IMG/VR virus record: IMGVR_UViG_3300044676_000267
Location: 1-37,496 of that record
DNA: 37,496 nt
Source: a virus
Taxonomy: Duplodnaviria; Caudoviricetes
Direction: 5' to 3' (one strand)
Shown here: piece after piece, positions 17,301 to 27,067 of the stretch
Layout of the letters: each line of letters starts with the position of its first letter
Numbering within the stretch: the stretch's first letter is position 1
Notes under the pieces: model-generated
The model's input: the letters and a program-made list of their open reading frames with translations, nothing else
The model's database searches: none
Told to the model about the DNA's origin: nothing
Translations under genes and position numbers: made by a program

Positions 17301-17792
17301 TTGAGTAACAGCAATCTCACCATTACCGTCAAAGGCTAGAATTTTGTTAGCACGCGTTGCTGCATCTACTGTAAATTCTGTAGATGTCATTGTGTTAGTA
17401 CGCGATAGTTTAATTGATCGGTCTACTTCTTCCTGCAATTCTTGTGCAACAATAATAGATCGGTCAAACGCACCTTCTACAGTTTCTGCTGTAAATGGGT
17501 CGTTTTCTACTAGGTCAACCGTTTGTGTCTGTGTTGTTTCACGTCTAATAACAACGGTTTCTGTATTTGTTGGAATGTTACCAGAGGTAAAGACTACATT
17601 ACCGCCACTGGCTGAACCTGCACCAGTTACAGTGTAATGAGTTGTCAAAGTTTTGACAGTTTCCGTACCGTTAGATGCACGGATAATGACCTGAATATCG
17701 CTATCAGCAAGGACTTTAAACGTATAGGCAAAGGTGTCGTTAGACCCGTCACCTGAATAACTGTTTTTAATTGTTGTAGTCGATATAGTCAT
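14397..17792 (-). CDS. Tail fibre (T7 gp17-like N-terminal adaptor, Ala/Ser/Thr stalk, Gly-rich C-terminus)
   Basis: YSGDGSNDTFAYTF N-terminus; heptad AAASET/SETNA repeats; YLVVAGGGGG...GGSGVVIVRY domain. Confidence 0.9.
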   Translation of the reverse strand: MTISTTTIKNSYSGDGSNDTFAYTFKVLADSDIQVIIRASNGTETVKTLTTHYTVTGAGSASGGNVVFTSGNIPTNTETVVIRRETTQTQTVDLVENDPFTAETVEGAFDRSIIVAQELQEEVDRSIKLSRTNTMTSTEFTVDAATRANKILAFDGNGEIAVTQELGTYKGDWSASTDYSARDIVKDTSTNNIFIANTAHTSSGSQPLTSNTDSAKWDLLVDAASATSSASAAATSETNAATSATAAASSATAAAASETAAAASESASAASESAAASSQSAAATSESNASTSETNAASSATAAASSATAAAASETAAASSETAASSSETAASTSETNAAASETAAATSQTAAATSATNAATSETNAATSETNAATSETNAASSATSAAASEAAALAYADNFDDTYLGAKASDPSVDNDGDALDDGALYFDTTNNVMKVYDLGSTTWYQLTPTVSNQTNINTVAARDADIGTVAARDADIVTVAARDADIGALADIEDGTTATNAVSNAGNNTTNITTVAGQISPTNNIATVAAADSNISNVAGQISPTNNIATVAGANANISTVATNLTGSNTIGTVAGLNTEIAALGPISADITTAASNVTDITNFADVYIGPSATAPTARADSSALQVGDLYFDTSTSTMKVYSSGGWISTGSSVNGTADRFIYTVSSSTTTITGADDSGSTLAYDAGYVDVYLNGVKMVVGSDITATSGTSIVFASAIGTSGTDTVDIIAYGTFALSNFSIGDANDVATTGVATSDVLQYDGSNFVPKSFDEITPTQTSNSGKFLTTDGTNSSWGTVNTNLVADTTPQLGGDLDTQTFTIDLSGSTSALSINTGTTAQRPASPVNGMMRYNTTINKNEIYQDGGWQTFVFQYDIDYLVVAGGGGGASGGGGAGGLLQSSTTVSTGQTNSITIGAGGANGTGSTVGTNGGTSSGFTTSTVGGGGGGHFSNGGANAGVAGGSGGGGGGADTGGVIAGAASGTSGQGNAGGLGVALNTTQGRGGGGGAGAVGANGSGSTGGAGGIGINWQSLGTYYAGGGGGGGGTGASGGSGGGGNGANGGSGQTGGSATANTGGGGGGGGAVAANNGGSGGSGVVIVRYLGSQRGSGGTVTSTGGYTYHTFTSSGTYTA
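16600..17125 (-). repeat. Degenerate 21-bp (7-aa) coding repeats of the fibre stalk
   Basis: Repeated AATSETN / AAASETA / ASSATAA units. Confidence 0.85.
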
Positions 17793-17812
17793 CTTTTTCT
17801 CCTATCTTACCA

Positions 17813-20800
17813 CTATTCTTCTTGAAACAACAGCGGAAAATCTGAAGGGTTCTCTTGAACAAAGTTTTGTATGTTCTTGATAATCACTGCCTTTTCCTCA
17901 TTAGTTTTTGCTGACAACAGCAGTTGCAACAAATCTGTTCCACCTGTAACTTTACCTATTTGCTTACGCAATAAAGTATTATTTTTAATATAATTTTCTC
18001 TTTTTGCAATCACTTGTATTTCTTCTACCGTTAATTTTTCATCACTGGCATCAAGAATCTTTTTAATTGCACCTCTAAAGATTAGGTTTTCTCTGCTTTT
18101 TTCCCTATCAAGCAGTTTCAAATCTTTGTAAATATCCATCTTAACAGGATGTTCACCAACTTTAAGGAAAACATTTGCCATTTCACCTGCTAGTGGGATA
18201 CGCAAAATTTCTTCTAATTCACTAACAATCTCTGTTGGGTCATCAGATCGTAGTCTGTAAATGCTTCCACCACCGTAAGTGTTCCACATATACTTCAATG
18301 CTTCTTTGGTTGTTTCAGTGTTCTGTGCTTTCCATACATCCTCATCCAAAGCATACTCACCTCTGAAATTATCAAGCGGATTACCGCCTGTAGCAAAAGT
18401 AATCGTATCTTTTAGGAACGGAATAACTGGGTTCAGACTAGGCAATACATCACTTTCCAATGCTTTTAGGAAGTTTGATGCACCTACTTCGCCTTCACCA
18501 AATGTAGCGTCCATTGCAAGACCAATAAAGCCATTCATTACACGGGCTGATTCGTCTTGTGGTATACGCCAATAAACAGGTGCGCCTGATTTAGTGTATG
18601 CAATCGGTATCACAATGTAGTTTTGTTCATCATACTCAGATACGCCTTTGTAGAAATAATACAGACCAGTACCAAACACACCGTATTTCATCATCTTCTG
18701 AATTGCTTTAGGTGCTACGTTATAGGCTATAAACTTACCTGTGACTGACATTGGGTCTTCACGCAGTCTTACATAATCTGCTCGGATACCCTCTTTCATA
18801 GCATTTGAAAATATTAGCATGTTATTAGTTAACTGGTGATAACGTGAAGTACGCAAGAATGCAGGTGAGCCTACATCTGCCTGTATCTTCAGCATCATTT
18901 CCTGTGTAGACATACTAAGTTCACCACGCGCAATCATATCTTTGAGATACGCTGTACCTGCTACTTTAGGCGCACGTTCAAGGAATTTTGCAAAGTCACT
19001 TAGATGTTGGAAGAAACGCCCCATTGTTCTGTCATACAATGACTCATATTCTTTTGGAGTCAAACGGTGCATCATCTTCTCAGTAACAAACTGATCTGGC
19101 GTTAGTAGTTTATTGTCAGCCAGTTTTTGAATGTATGCTTCGCCTGCTTTACCTCGGTAACCTTCTACTTGTGCAATTAGGAAACCTTGTTCTTCCATCC
19201 AACGTGTAAGTTCTGTGCCTTTTCTATCGCCATAGATAGACTTCCAAGTTGGTTTTAGATTCATAAGAAAATATTTAACGTATGAGTTTTTAAAACCACC
19301 TGCTAAATCAAAGTAACGTGCTTTAGGCAAGTTTCTTACTGCACGCCCAATATCTCTAAATGTGTTCTTTTGCCAGAATTTAGGATTGTATTCTGTGTAG
19401 ATTGTTCTGAAAAAGTTATTAGATGATTGCACATAACTCATCCATTGCATTGCTACATGCGGATTACGCTCAAGTGCTACTGCTGCAAATTTGTTAATGT
19501 GGTAGTAAGTAAATTTACCATTCTGCATAAAGGCAATAGTCTTCATACCTTCTGGTGCAGGCTCTACTTTACCTTTGTCAATATATTTAGCCTTTTGTAC
19601 AACCTTATCTTTCCATTGGCCTGATACTTGTTTTGCCATACGTTCAGCATCAAAACTTTCCATCCAATCTTTATTGGCTTCCATCCAACGCACAGCATCG
19701 TGAATCATACGATTACGTTTTAGTTCACCCATAATCAGCATGTCTTTTTGCACTGTAGCCAATAGTGGGTCTACAATGTCTGACAATGTACCTTCTGCTC
19801 TTTTGCTAAATGATGCAGATGAAATGTTTGTACCACCTGATCTATTCAATCGGTCAAGCGCATATTTCAATACATTGAACGTAATGTATTCTTCGTTGTT
19901 GAGAATCTTATCTAATGTTTCTTTATCAAACGCCTTACTTTCTTTGATAAGCGGATGAATGTAACGTTTACGGATTTCATAAAACCTAGTTGCTGCTTGG
20001 TCTAATATGGGGTGTTCTTTAGCAAACCATTGATAAGCCTCTAGTGGAGTACGCTCCCCTACAAACTCATTCATTATGGCTTCACCTTCAGGCCCAATAG
20101 CCTTTAACTGCGCCCATAAACCCATTGGGTTTGCTTTACCCATACGCTGTTGAGATACAGCAAGATTTCGTAGCAACAACATTGTTGATAGCATACTGCT
20201 GTTATAGCCTGCTGCTTCTACAGGGCGTACTACTTCAGCATCTAGTGTTTCTGCATAACGCTGCATACCTGCATGTCGATACCTGTAGTTTTCCATACGG
20301 GCATTAAGGTTCAACGTTTCTTTGTCCATCCAACGGCTTTGACCAGTTTTACTTTTGCCCCACATGCCGTTCTGTCCACCAAAACGTCTATAGAACCAAG
20401 CCATTGTATCTAGCAGATCAACTTCAATTGCATCACGCTTGTTAGGTTGCCAAGCGTTTTCCATGCCTTCAAATATCTTAATTTTACTATCTACAAACTT
20501 ATTAGAGATACGCGTGACCATTGATGAGTAACGTACATCTGAACCTGCGTTAAGTTCATTCTGTAGTTTTTCATACTGCGCTTTAACTTCTGGACGTTTG
20601 TACATGTGATAGTTAAACAATTGCCAAGACTTAGGTGCATTTATCATTGTCCATTGTGGACGCAACAAAAATGCCATCATAAAGTCAGCCATCAATTCTC
20701 TAGGGCTGTCACGGTATGCTGTATATTTAGGGTCAGCAATTCTGTTAAATGGTTTCCATGCCTGTGATAGTGCTTTTAGTTCTACTGTGATTTCTTCACG

Positions 20801-23800
20801 GCTAACCAAACCACGCTCACGCACCTCTGTTTCAAACTTACGCTTGAAGATTTCTGCCGCTTCTTCAGATAATTTAGCCTCTGCATCATTCTTAGGTTTC
20901 TTGCCATTTACACGGTCAACAAGTGCTTTGATATGTGGGTCAATCATTCCCCGCATTGCACTTTTTGTAATAAGTTTTTTGAGTTTGCCATCTAACTTAA
21001 TAAACGCATCATAAAACTCAGGGTCAATTTTCTTACGAATTTCTGGGTCACGGAAGATGTCGAGTATTTTCTCAGGAGTAATTTTTAGGTCTTCTGTGAT
21101 TTCTTTATCTACCTTTTTCTCAACCCGTCCTGCTTCAATTGTTGCTTCTTTTTTCATAGCAGCAATTTCTTTAGGGTCGAGTGGCTTTGCGCCATCTGCT
21201 CTACCGTCAATCCATTTATTCATGTAACCTTTTAGGGTTGACATTGAGCCTAGAATGTTACCTTTAGCCATAGTTTCTTGAGGCAGGTAATCAATCAAGT
21301 GTCCAATTTCATGCGCTAGTGTCATGGTAAAATCTTTAGGATTTTCAGCCAACGCACGATTTACAATAACTTTTAGTTCTTCCTTTGGTATTGGCATCTG
21401 TTTGCCTTTTTTACCAAACTGGAAGTAACCACGCAGATTAGGGCCAAGTTTTTCTACTGCAGGTGTTTTGTTAATTAGTATTTCTACCAATTCAACAAGA
21501 TCAAAGGTATCTAGCCCTTTAGCGTTGTTGTAAAACTTTTTGTATGGTGAGTTAAGCAACGGCATATCTGGCGGTACTTCAAAGCCACCACCTGATGTTG
21601 GTTCGTTAGGTACGCCCCAATCGTCACCACCTTTGCTGCTGTAAGCACGGTCTTGGTATGAACCGCCTTTCATATCAGAGTCAGCAAATACCTTCTCTTT
21701 TGCGCCTACATGCGTATTATAATAATTTGTTGCCTGTACTTCTGGCTGACCTTTTAGTTTTTCTACTTTGAATGCAGCAACAATACGTTTTGTTTGTTGG
21801 TCAAGTACCATCAAAACATTGTCACTTAATAGTACATCTGCTTTTTGAGGTGCTTCATAAATTGTTTTACCTTGAGCATCTATTTCTTTGATGTATTTAG
21901 TTTGTTGTACTGCTTCAAAAATAACTTTTGGAACAGCAAACATACTGCCTTCATTGTTACGCAAAATGTATGAATTTGCCTTTACACCTGATGGGCCATC
22001 TTTAGCAACTTCATAAACAACATCTACGCGGCTAACTTTTTCTTTTGCATTAGGCGCATTTTTTCCTAACCATTCTTTGACAATAATATCTTGCGTACCA
22101 CTACGGCCTTCTGCTGATTTTGTACGATTTGAGTAACCATCTTTAAATGTTTTGCCAAATGCACCAGTATCAATAATATATGTAGAATTACCCTCTAATC
22201 TGTTAAAACCTTTAAACGAACCTGTGCCATCATTAAGGTAGGTTTCTATAGCAGCATTAGCGTCTTTAATTTGTTCTGGTGATTCTTTCCAAATAATCTT
22301 TAATTGATCTTTTGGTGTTTGCAGTTCTACTACATCACTGTTGTACTCACCATTTTGTTTACGAGTTTCAAAGTTTGTTTCTACTTTTTCAGTAATTTCA
22401 ATCTTACCGTCTTTAGTTACATTAACCGTTTCTGTGTTAGGTTTGGGTGCTGTTTGAGCATCCATTTCTTTGATATGGACAATCTCACCGTTTTCTAACT
22501 CAACCCTAAGAATGACCTCACCGTTAAGTTCTTCACGGCCTTTAACAATACCTTCTTTTGAACCAGACCCTTCAACAGCAACTTTTGCTTCAAGTTCTAC
22601 TTTAGGCGGTTTGACAAGTTTGATGTTTGTTTCTGTTTCAAGCCCCTGAATAAATGCTTCATTTAGTTCTGCTAAAGCACGCGGTTCTGCTACATCAGGG
22701 TCTAGCAGGTCTGCTTTTACATCATCACGTTTTTGTGCCAATGTTTCCATGTCACGCGGATGGATGCCGTATTTTTTGTACGCATGGTACAGTTTGTTGA
22801 TACCGCTACCTGCGTAGTGAATACCAAAAATCAATACTGCAGCATGTGCAAAGTCTTTACGCGTTGGCACTTGACCTTCTAGTACAGATGATAGAGTTAC
22901 CATTGTGGCAACTTCACCTGCTATTTGTGTCTTACGGCCTCCGCCTAGTGCTTTAATACCTTTACCTGTACCGTATGTTGCAGCACCTACTGTTGTGTAT
23001 TTACCAAATGTTTTGAGTGTTTGAATACGCATAATTTCATCAAGCAACTCATCAAAGTTGTTGACTTCACCATTCATTATTGCACGCATATAAACGTCAC
23101 GCACAGTTTCTGGTAGACCAAATGCAGTTCCCATTGCTATAAATGGTGTTGCGGGGGCTGCTGCTCCTCCAGTAACCGCAGTAGTTCCCGCACCAATACC
23201 TAATCCGCCTACAAACCCTAGACCCATCATGGGTAGGTCATTCACAAGCGTTACAGCACTTTGTATTAGTTCTTGTGGGAAGTTCTGTGCTTGGTGCATA
23301 AAAATTTGTTCATAGGCTAATTGTGGGTCTACACCATCTTCTGTAACTGCTTTGTGATACGCTTCTATTAGACCAGTAGTAGACAATGCGTAACCTGCAC
23401 CAAATACGTTTTGGTCACCTGCACCGCCTGTATATTTAATAAACTTACGTCCTGCGTAGGATTCTTTTACAAATTTAGTAATCCACCAATCGTCATCTTC
23501 TGCTTTTGTGTTAGATGATGCCCATGTTGCTAGTTCAGGCAAAGCATATTCATAGCCTAGTGTATTCCAACTATTCATGTGTGAATTTACACGCTCGGCA
23601 AATTCAGCAACATTACGCCCTTCAGTGACAGGATTATAGTAATCTGTATACAACGCTGTTAGCGCATCTTTATCACCCCTAGCACCTTTCAAGATATATG
23701 CCTGTGCTTCAGGGTTCATTGTCAGTTTTATCAACGCTAATGCACGTTGAGCATCCAATGACAGTTTTGTAGCGTCTTTATGGGTGTATGCCATTTCCAT

Positions 23801-24736
23801 CCATTTTGGCATTTTCCAATCTGGATTTTCTGCTTTAGCAATGTTGCCATAGTAATTAAGCAGGCTAGGCATTTCATCGTCTGCTATTTGAAACACACCG
23901 CCTTTTGTGCCTGCTTCGTTATAAATATTACGATTACCAGACTCCATACTGCCAATAAATGACATGTATTCGTTTAGTGTGCCTACATCATCATCTTCTA
24001 ATGTTTGTGCATTTTTTAAAGAGTTTAGTACCAACATGCTGCTTGGGCCTGTTGTTACTGTAGTGTTTATAATTTTTAATTTTTCTGCAGGTGTTTCACG
24101 ATATACAACACCCATTTGCTGTCCATCACGGACAGGTTTTCTACGATTTCTGTTGTAAACTTTTTTTTCGCCATCACTCATTTGATCGTAGTAGATCAAG
24201 TTGTTGGCTTTCATTTCTTCTTGTTTTGCTAGTTCTGCTTGGTTTTGTTCAGCAATCGTTTTAAACAACTGCGTATTGTAATCAGGTGTTGGTACTGTTT
24301 GAAACGGCACTAAAGATGATTTGTTATCAAGTACCTGATCTGTTGATGTTTGGATATTACCTTCACTAAAGTTAACAGTATCGCCTTCCTTAATAGGTGC
24401 GTTTTCTGTTGAAGCAGTTGCATTGTTAACCTGAGTGCCATTAACAGCACTAGAAGGGTCTTTGTCTGCGTGCTTTTCAGCCCAAGTCTTACTTACATCT
24501 TGACCTGCGTTAAGTGATGAACCTTCAGTATTTTGACCAATTTTAACAGGATTAATGTCATCATTAGTTAATGGCGCAACTGTAGTACGCTCAATACCAT
24601 AAAACTTATCAATCTGATTGTCTGAAAACCCTGCTTGTTTTAGCAAAGGTCTTTGTGAATCAATATGGCCTAAGATAGATTCGTCATCAAATCCTGCTTG
24701 TCTTAGTTGTGATGCTGTAATTCCAACAACTGCCAT
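17813..24736 (-). CDS. Large internal virion/ejection protein (2307 aa) with putative transglycosylase and HExxH metallopeptidase motifs
   Basis: Last of three genes after the nozzle; MESGN...GGVFQI; Gly/Ala hydrophobic segment; LAHEIGH. Confidence 0.75.
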   Translation of the reverse strand: MAVVGITASQLRQAGFDDESILGHIDSQRPLLKQAGFSDNQIDKFYGIERTTVAPLTNDDINPVKIGQNTEGSSLNAGQDVSKTWAEKHADKDPSSAVNGTQVNNATASTENAPIKEGDTVNFSEGNIQTSTDQVLDNKSSLVPFQTVPTPDYNTQLFKTIAEQNQAELAKQEEMKANNLIYYDQMSDGEKKVYNRNRRKPVRDGQQMGVVYRETPAEKLKIINTTVTTGPSSMLVLNSLKNAQTLEDDDVGTLNEYMSFIGSMESGNRNIYNEAGTKGGVFQIADDEMPSLLNYYGNIAKAENPDWKMPKWMEMAYTHKDATKLSLDAQRALALIKLTMNPEAQAYILKGARGDKDALTALYTDYYNPVTEGRNVAEFAERVNSHMNSWNTLGYEYALPELATWASSNTKAEDDDWWITKFVKESYAGRKFIKYTGGAGDQNVFGAGYALSTTGLIEAYHKAVTEDGVDPQLAYEQIFMHQAQNFPQELIQSAVTLVNDLPMMGLGFVGGLGIGAGTTAVTGGAAAPATPFIAMGTAFGLPETVRDVYMRAIMNGEVNNFDELLDEIMRIQTLKTFGKYTTVGAATYGTGKGIKALGGGRKTQIAGEVATMVTLSSVLEGQVPTRKDFAHAAVLIFGIHYAGSGINKLYHAYKKYGIHPRDMETLAQKRDDVKADLLDPDVAEPRALAELNEAFIQGLETETNIKLVKPPKVELEAKVAVEGSGSKEGIVKGREELNGEVILRVELENGEIVHIKEMDAQTAPKPNTETVNVTKDGKIEITEKVETNFETRKQNGEYNSDVVELQTPKDQLKIIWKESPEQIKDANAAIETYLNDGTGSFKGFNRLEGNSTYIIDTGAFGKTFKDGYSNRTKSAEGRSGTQDIIVKEWLGKNAPNAKEKVSRVDVVYEVAKDGPSGVKANSYILRNNEGSMFAVPKVIFEAVQQTKYIKEIDAQGKTIYEAPQKADVLLSDNVLMVLDQQTKRIVAAFKVEKLKGQPEVQATNYYNTHVGAKEKVFADSDMKGGSYQDRAYSSKGGDDWGVPNEPTSGGGFEVPPDMPLLNSPYKKFYNNAKGLDTFDLVELVEILINKTPAVEKLGPNLRGYFQFGKKGKQMPIPKEELKVIVNRALAENPKDFTMTLAHEIGHLIDYLPQETMAKGNILGSMSTLKGYMNKWIDGRADGAKPLDPKEIAAMKKEATIEAGRVEKKVDKEITEDLKITPEKILDIFRDPEIRKKIDPEFYDAFIKLDGKLKKLITKSAMRGMIDPHIKALVDRVNGKKPKNDAEAKLSEEAAEIFKRKFETEVRERGLVSREEITVELKALSQAWKPFNRIADPKYTAYRDSPRELMADFMMAFLLRPQWTMINAPKSWQLFNYHMYKRPEVKAQYEKLQNELNAGSDVRYSSMVTRISNKFVDSKIKIFEGMENAWQPNKRDAIEVDLLDTMAWFYRRFGGQNGMWGKSKTGQSRWMDKETLNLNARMENYRYRHAGMQRYAETLDAEVVRPVEAAGYNSSMLSTMLLLRNLAVSQQRMGKANPMGLWAQLKAIGPEGEAIMNEFVGERTPLEAYQWFAKEHPILDQAATRFYEIRKRYIHPLIKESKAFDKETLDKILNNEEYITFNVLKYALDRLNRSGGTNISSASFSKRAEGTLSDIVDPLLATVQKDMLIMGELKRNRMIHDAVRWMEANKDWMESFDAERMAKQVSGQWKDKVVQKAKYIDKGKVEPAPEGMKTIAFMQNGKFTYYHINKFAAVALERNPHVAMQWMSYVQSSNNFFRTIYTEYNPKFWQKNTFRDIGRAVRNLPKARYFDLAGGFKNSYVKYFLMNLKPTWKSIYGDRKGTELTRWMEEQGFLIAQVEGYRGKAGEAYIQKLADNKLLTPDQFVTEKMMHRLTPKEYESLYDRTMGRFFQHLSDFAKFLERAPKVAGTAYLKDMIARGELSMSTQEMMLKIQADVGSPAFLRTSRYHQLTNNMLIFSNAMKEGIRADYVRLREDPMSVTGKFIAYNVAPKAIQKMMKYGVFGTGLYYFYKGVSEYDEQNYIVIPIAYTKSGAPVYWRIPQDESARVMNGFIGLAMDATFGEGEVGASNFLKALESDVLPSLNPVIPFLKDTITFATGGNPLDNFRGEYALDEDVWKAQNTETTKEALKYMWNTYGGGSIYRLRSDDPTEIVSELEEILRIPLAGEMANVFLKVGEHPVKMDIYKDLKLLDREKSRENLIFRGAIKKILDASDEKLTVEEIQVIAKRENYIKNNTLLRKQIGKVTGGTDLLQLLLSAKTNEEKAVIIKNIQNFVQENPSDFPLLFQEE

Positions 24737-26610
24737 TATTGATTTCCTGAAGGTGAAGGTAGAATCATAGAGCCTTGCGTACTTGCACCGCCTACTACAT
24801 CACTTCTTAGGAATGATGGTAGCCCAGTATTCTTAGCCTCTTGTTGTTTATTCCATTTTTGCAATCTTAACAAATATTCGTTGATGCCTTCATTTTCACC
24901 TTTAATTGGTATTTCTGGCTTTGGCTGTCCTGATAGTTTTGTTTCCTGATATGCAATCCATCCTGCAGGGTCAATTCTGTAGTCACCAAACTTAATAGTG
25001 TCTGGGTCAGATTTAATAAACGCATCTGCTTTATCTGTGTAATTTCTAATCTTATCTTCTTCTACTGATTTCTTATAAACCTGAACAAGATCGTTGATGA
25101 CATAGTGTGGGCTTTTTGTGTTAATTAGCATATCTGCCATTGATATGCCTTTCTTCTCACCTTCAGCAATAATTCGTGTCAAATTGTTGACAGCAGTGTA
25201 AGCAGTAGCATCTAGGCCACTTGAAAATATTGAGCCTAATACTTCGTTTACATCTTTAGCAGTCATGTTTTGACCGTCTAACATAGACAACAAGTTAGGG
25301 TCTGCGCCTGCTTCTTTAAGCACTACTTTAGCAGCATTCTTAAACATAAACAGTTTGTGACTATTAGCATCTTTTTGCATTGTTTCTATTTGCGTCTTCA
25401 ATGCTGTAGCACGTTCTGGTTTTATTTTGCCTTCTGCCAACAGTTGTATAATTACAGATTTTTCTTCTTCTGTGTCGATAGCACCACTTAGTACCATTGC
25501 AGTAACAATAGCGTCTGTTTGCTTACCTGCGTCTGTATCCCAATATGCTACTTTATCTTTTTGTGCTTTGACCGCAGCAAGGTAATCTGCGTTAAGTTTT
25601 TTCTTAGCATCCCCAGACAGATTGGATTTGTTTACATCATCCATAAATGTTGGGTCAGGTTGACCTGTGTAAAGCACACCAAGTCTTTCATTAAAACCAT
25701 CTACAGCGGCTCTATCATTTACAGTAATTTGGTTAGTATCAAACGTATCTTGTTCAGATGACAGTTGTTGTGCTTTTTTAATAAAGTCTGCACGGGCAGG
25801 GTCATCTACAGTAAGTTCATTGCCTTCTACGTCATACATTTTGACAGACGGGTCTGCAGCACGTTCTGATACTTTTGACCAATCCGTTGCTGTTGCACCA
25901 TTAGGATTTTGATAAATAGGTATTTTGCCGTTTTCGCCAGACTGCAATAGCATCATCTGACTATTAGATGTTGCTAATAGATCATCATAACCATTAGCAA
26001 GTGTGCCTTGGTCAAATGTTTGTAAGCCTGAATATTTTTTAAATGTACCGTCTGACCATTCTTGCCAGTTACCAATAACTTGTGCAGTTGATGTAGATGT
26101 TGAAATCTTTGTCTTAGTAGCATCAAAATTAGTATTATATGCTGTAACTGATTGTGCATTACGCGCTTTTGATATACTTGACTGTACGTTTACCTTACCT
26201 TCCATATATGCTTTGTTATGGAACGGTTCATACTGACTCCAAGCATATTCATCAAACACACCTTCTTTGTTTGTGTATCTTTCTTTTTTTACTTTAGCAG
26301 TGTGTTTAACCCAATCTTTGTCATAATCAGATTGGAAATTGTTATAATCTTTACGTTCTTCTAAACCAAAAACAAAATCATTAGCCCTCATCAGACTATC
26401 GCCTTCTGACAATGTGGCTAGGTTTGTGACTTCTTGGTCACGCAGTTTTAACTGTATTTCTTGTTTTTGTGCTGCAAAAGCAGATATAGAGTCCAACATG
26501 GTTTGACCCAAATTGACCATACCTTGTGCGCCACCAGTACCTGTAGTTAGCGTTCTACCGCTTTGGATTGGTGCTGAACCTAGATTACTTTGATAACGAG
26601 GTATTTTCAT
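24736..26610 (-). CDS. Internal virion/ejection protein (T7 gp15-like position)
   Basis: Synteny; helical; MKIPRY N-terminus. Confidence 0.65.
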   Translation of the reverse strand: MKIPRYQSNLGSAPIQSGRTLTTGTGGAQGMVNLGQTMLDSISAFAAQKQEIQLKLRDQEVTNLATLSEGDSLMRANDFVFGLEERKDYNNFQSDYDKDWVKHTAKVKKERYTNKEGVFDEYAWSQYEPFHNKAYMEGKVNVQSSISKARNAQSVTAYNTNFDATKTKISTSTSTAQVIGNWQEWSDGTFKKYSGLQTFDQGTLANGYDDLLATSNSQMMLLQSGENGKIPIYQNPNGATATDWSKVSERAADPSVKMYDVEGNELTVDDPARADFIKKAQQLSSEQDTFDTNQITVNDRAAVDGFNERLGVLYTGQPDPTFMDDVNKSNLSGDAKKKLNADYLAAVKAQKDKVAYWDTDAGKQTDAIVTAMVLSGAIDTEEEKSVIIQLLAEGKIKPERATALKTQIETMQKDANSHKLFMFKNAAKVVLKEAGADPNLLSMLDGQNMTAKDVNEVLGSIFSSGLDATAYTAVNNLTRIIAEGEKKGISMADMLINTKSPHYVINDLVQVYKKSVEEDKIRNYTDKADAFIKSDPDTIKFGDYRIDPAGWIAYQETKLSGQPKPEIPIKGENEGINEYLLRLQKWNKQQEAKNTGLPSFLRSDVVGGASTQGSMILPSPSGNQ

Positions 26611-27053
26611 TAGTCTATCCCCTTCGCATCAAGTAACTTTTGATTTTGTTGATATGAGCCTACCGAGGATGCCGTATTAAACAATGACTGACCAATAGCA
26701 AAATTAGCATTAGCAATTTCACCTGCTAACGCTGCATCCTGCGCCTGAGTCTTTGTCCATAGCCCCTTTTCCAGATACCACATATCTGTTTCAAATTCTT
26801 CCATATCAGCATTTGCTACAAGCAAACTACTACCTGTGAACATCTGTGTACCAGACGCACCTGTTCTTGCACGAACCTCACTCAAACGTTTCTTTTCTTC
26901 AGTTAAACGTTTTTGCTTTTCGTAGTTAAAATTTAAATCATTCTCATACTGCTGCCACGCTCTGTTGGCACGCATGTTTTTTTTCTGTTGTTGGATACCC
27001 ATAATGGTAACTGCGCTTGACGCAACCATTGCAGGTATAACCCACCATGCCAT
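26610..27053 (-). CDS. Small internal virion protein (T7 gp14-like position)
   Basis: Synteny; hydrophobic N-terminus; GASG...GSS motif. Confidence 0.65.
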   Translation of the reverse strand: MAWWVIPAMVASSAVTIMGIQQQKKNMRANRAWQQYENDLNFNYEKQKRLTEEKKRLSEVRARTGASGTQMFTGSSLLVANADMEEFETDMWYLEKGLWTKTQAQDAALAGEIANANFAIGQSLFNTASSVGSYQQNQKLLDAKGID

Positions 27054-27067
27054 ATCAGTATCCTCCT

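Noticed and set aside
12682-17792. Diversity-generating retroelement, given the BPP-1-like virion genes
   Set aside because: No reverse transcriptase and no template/variable repeat pair seen
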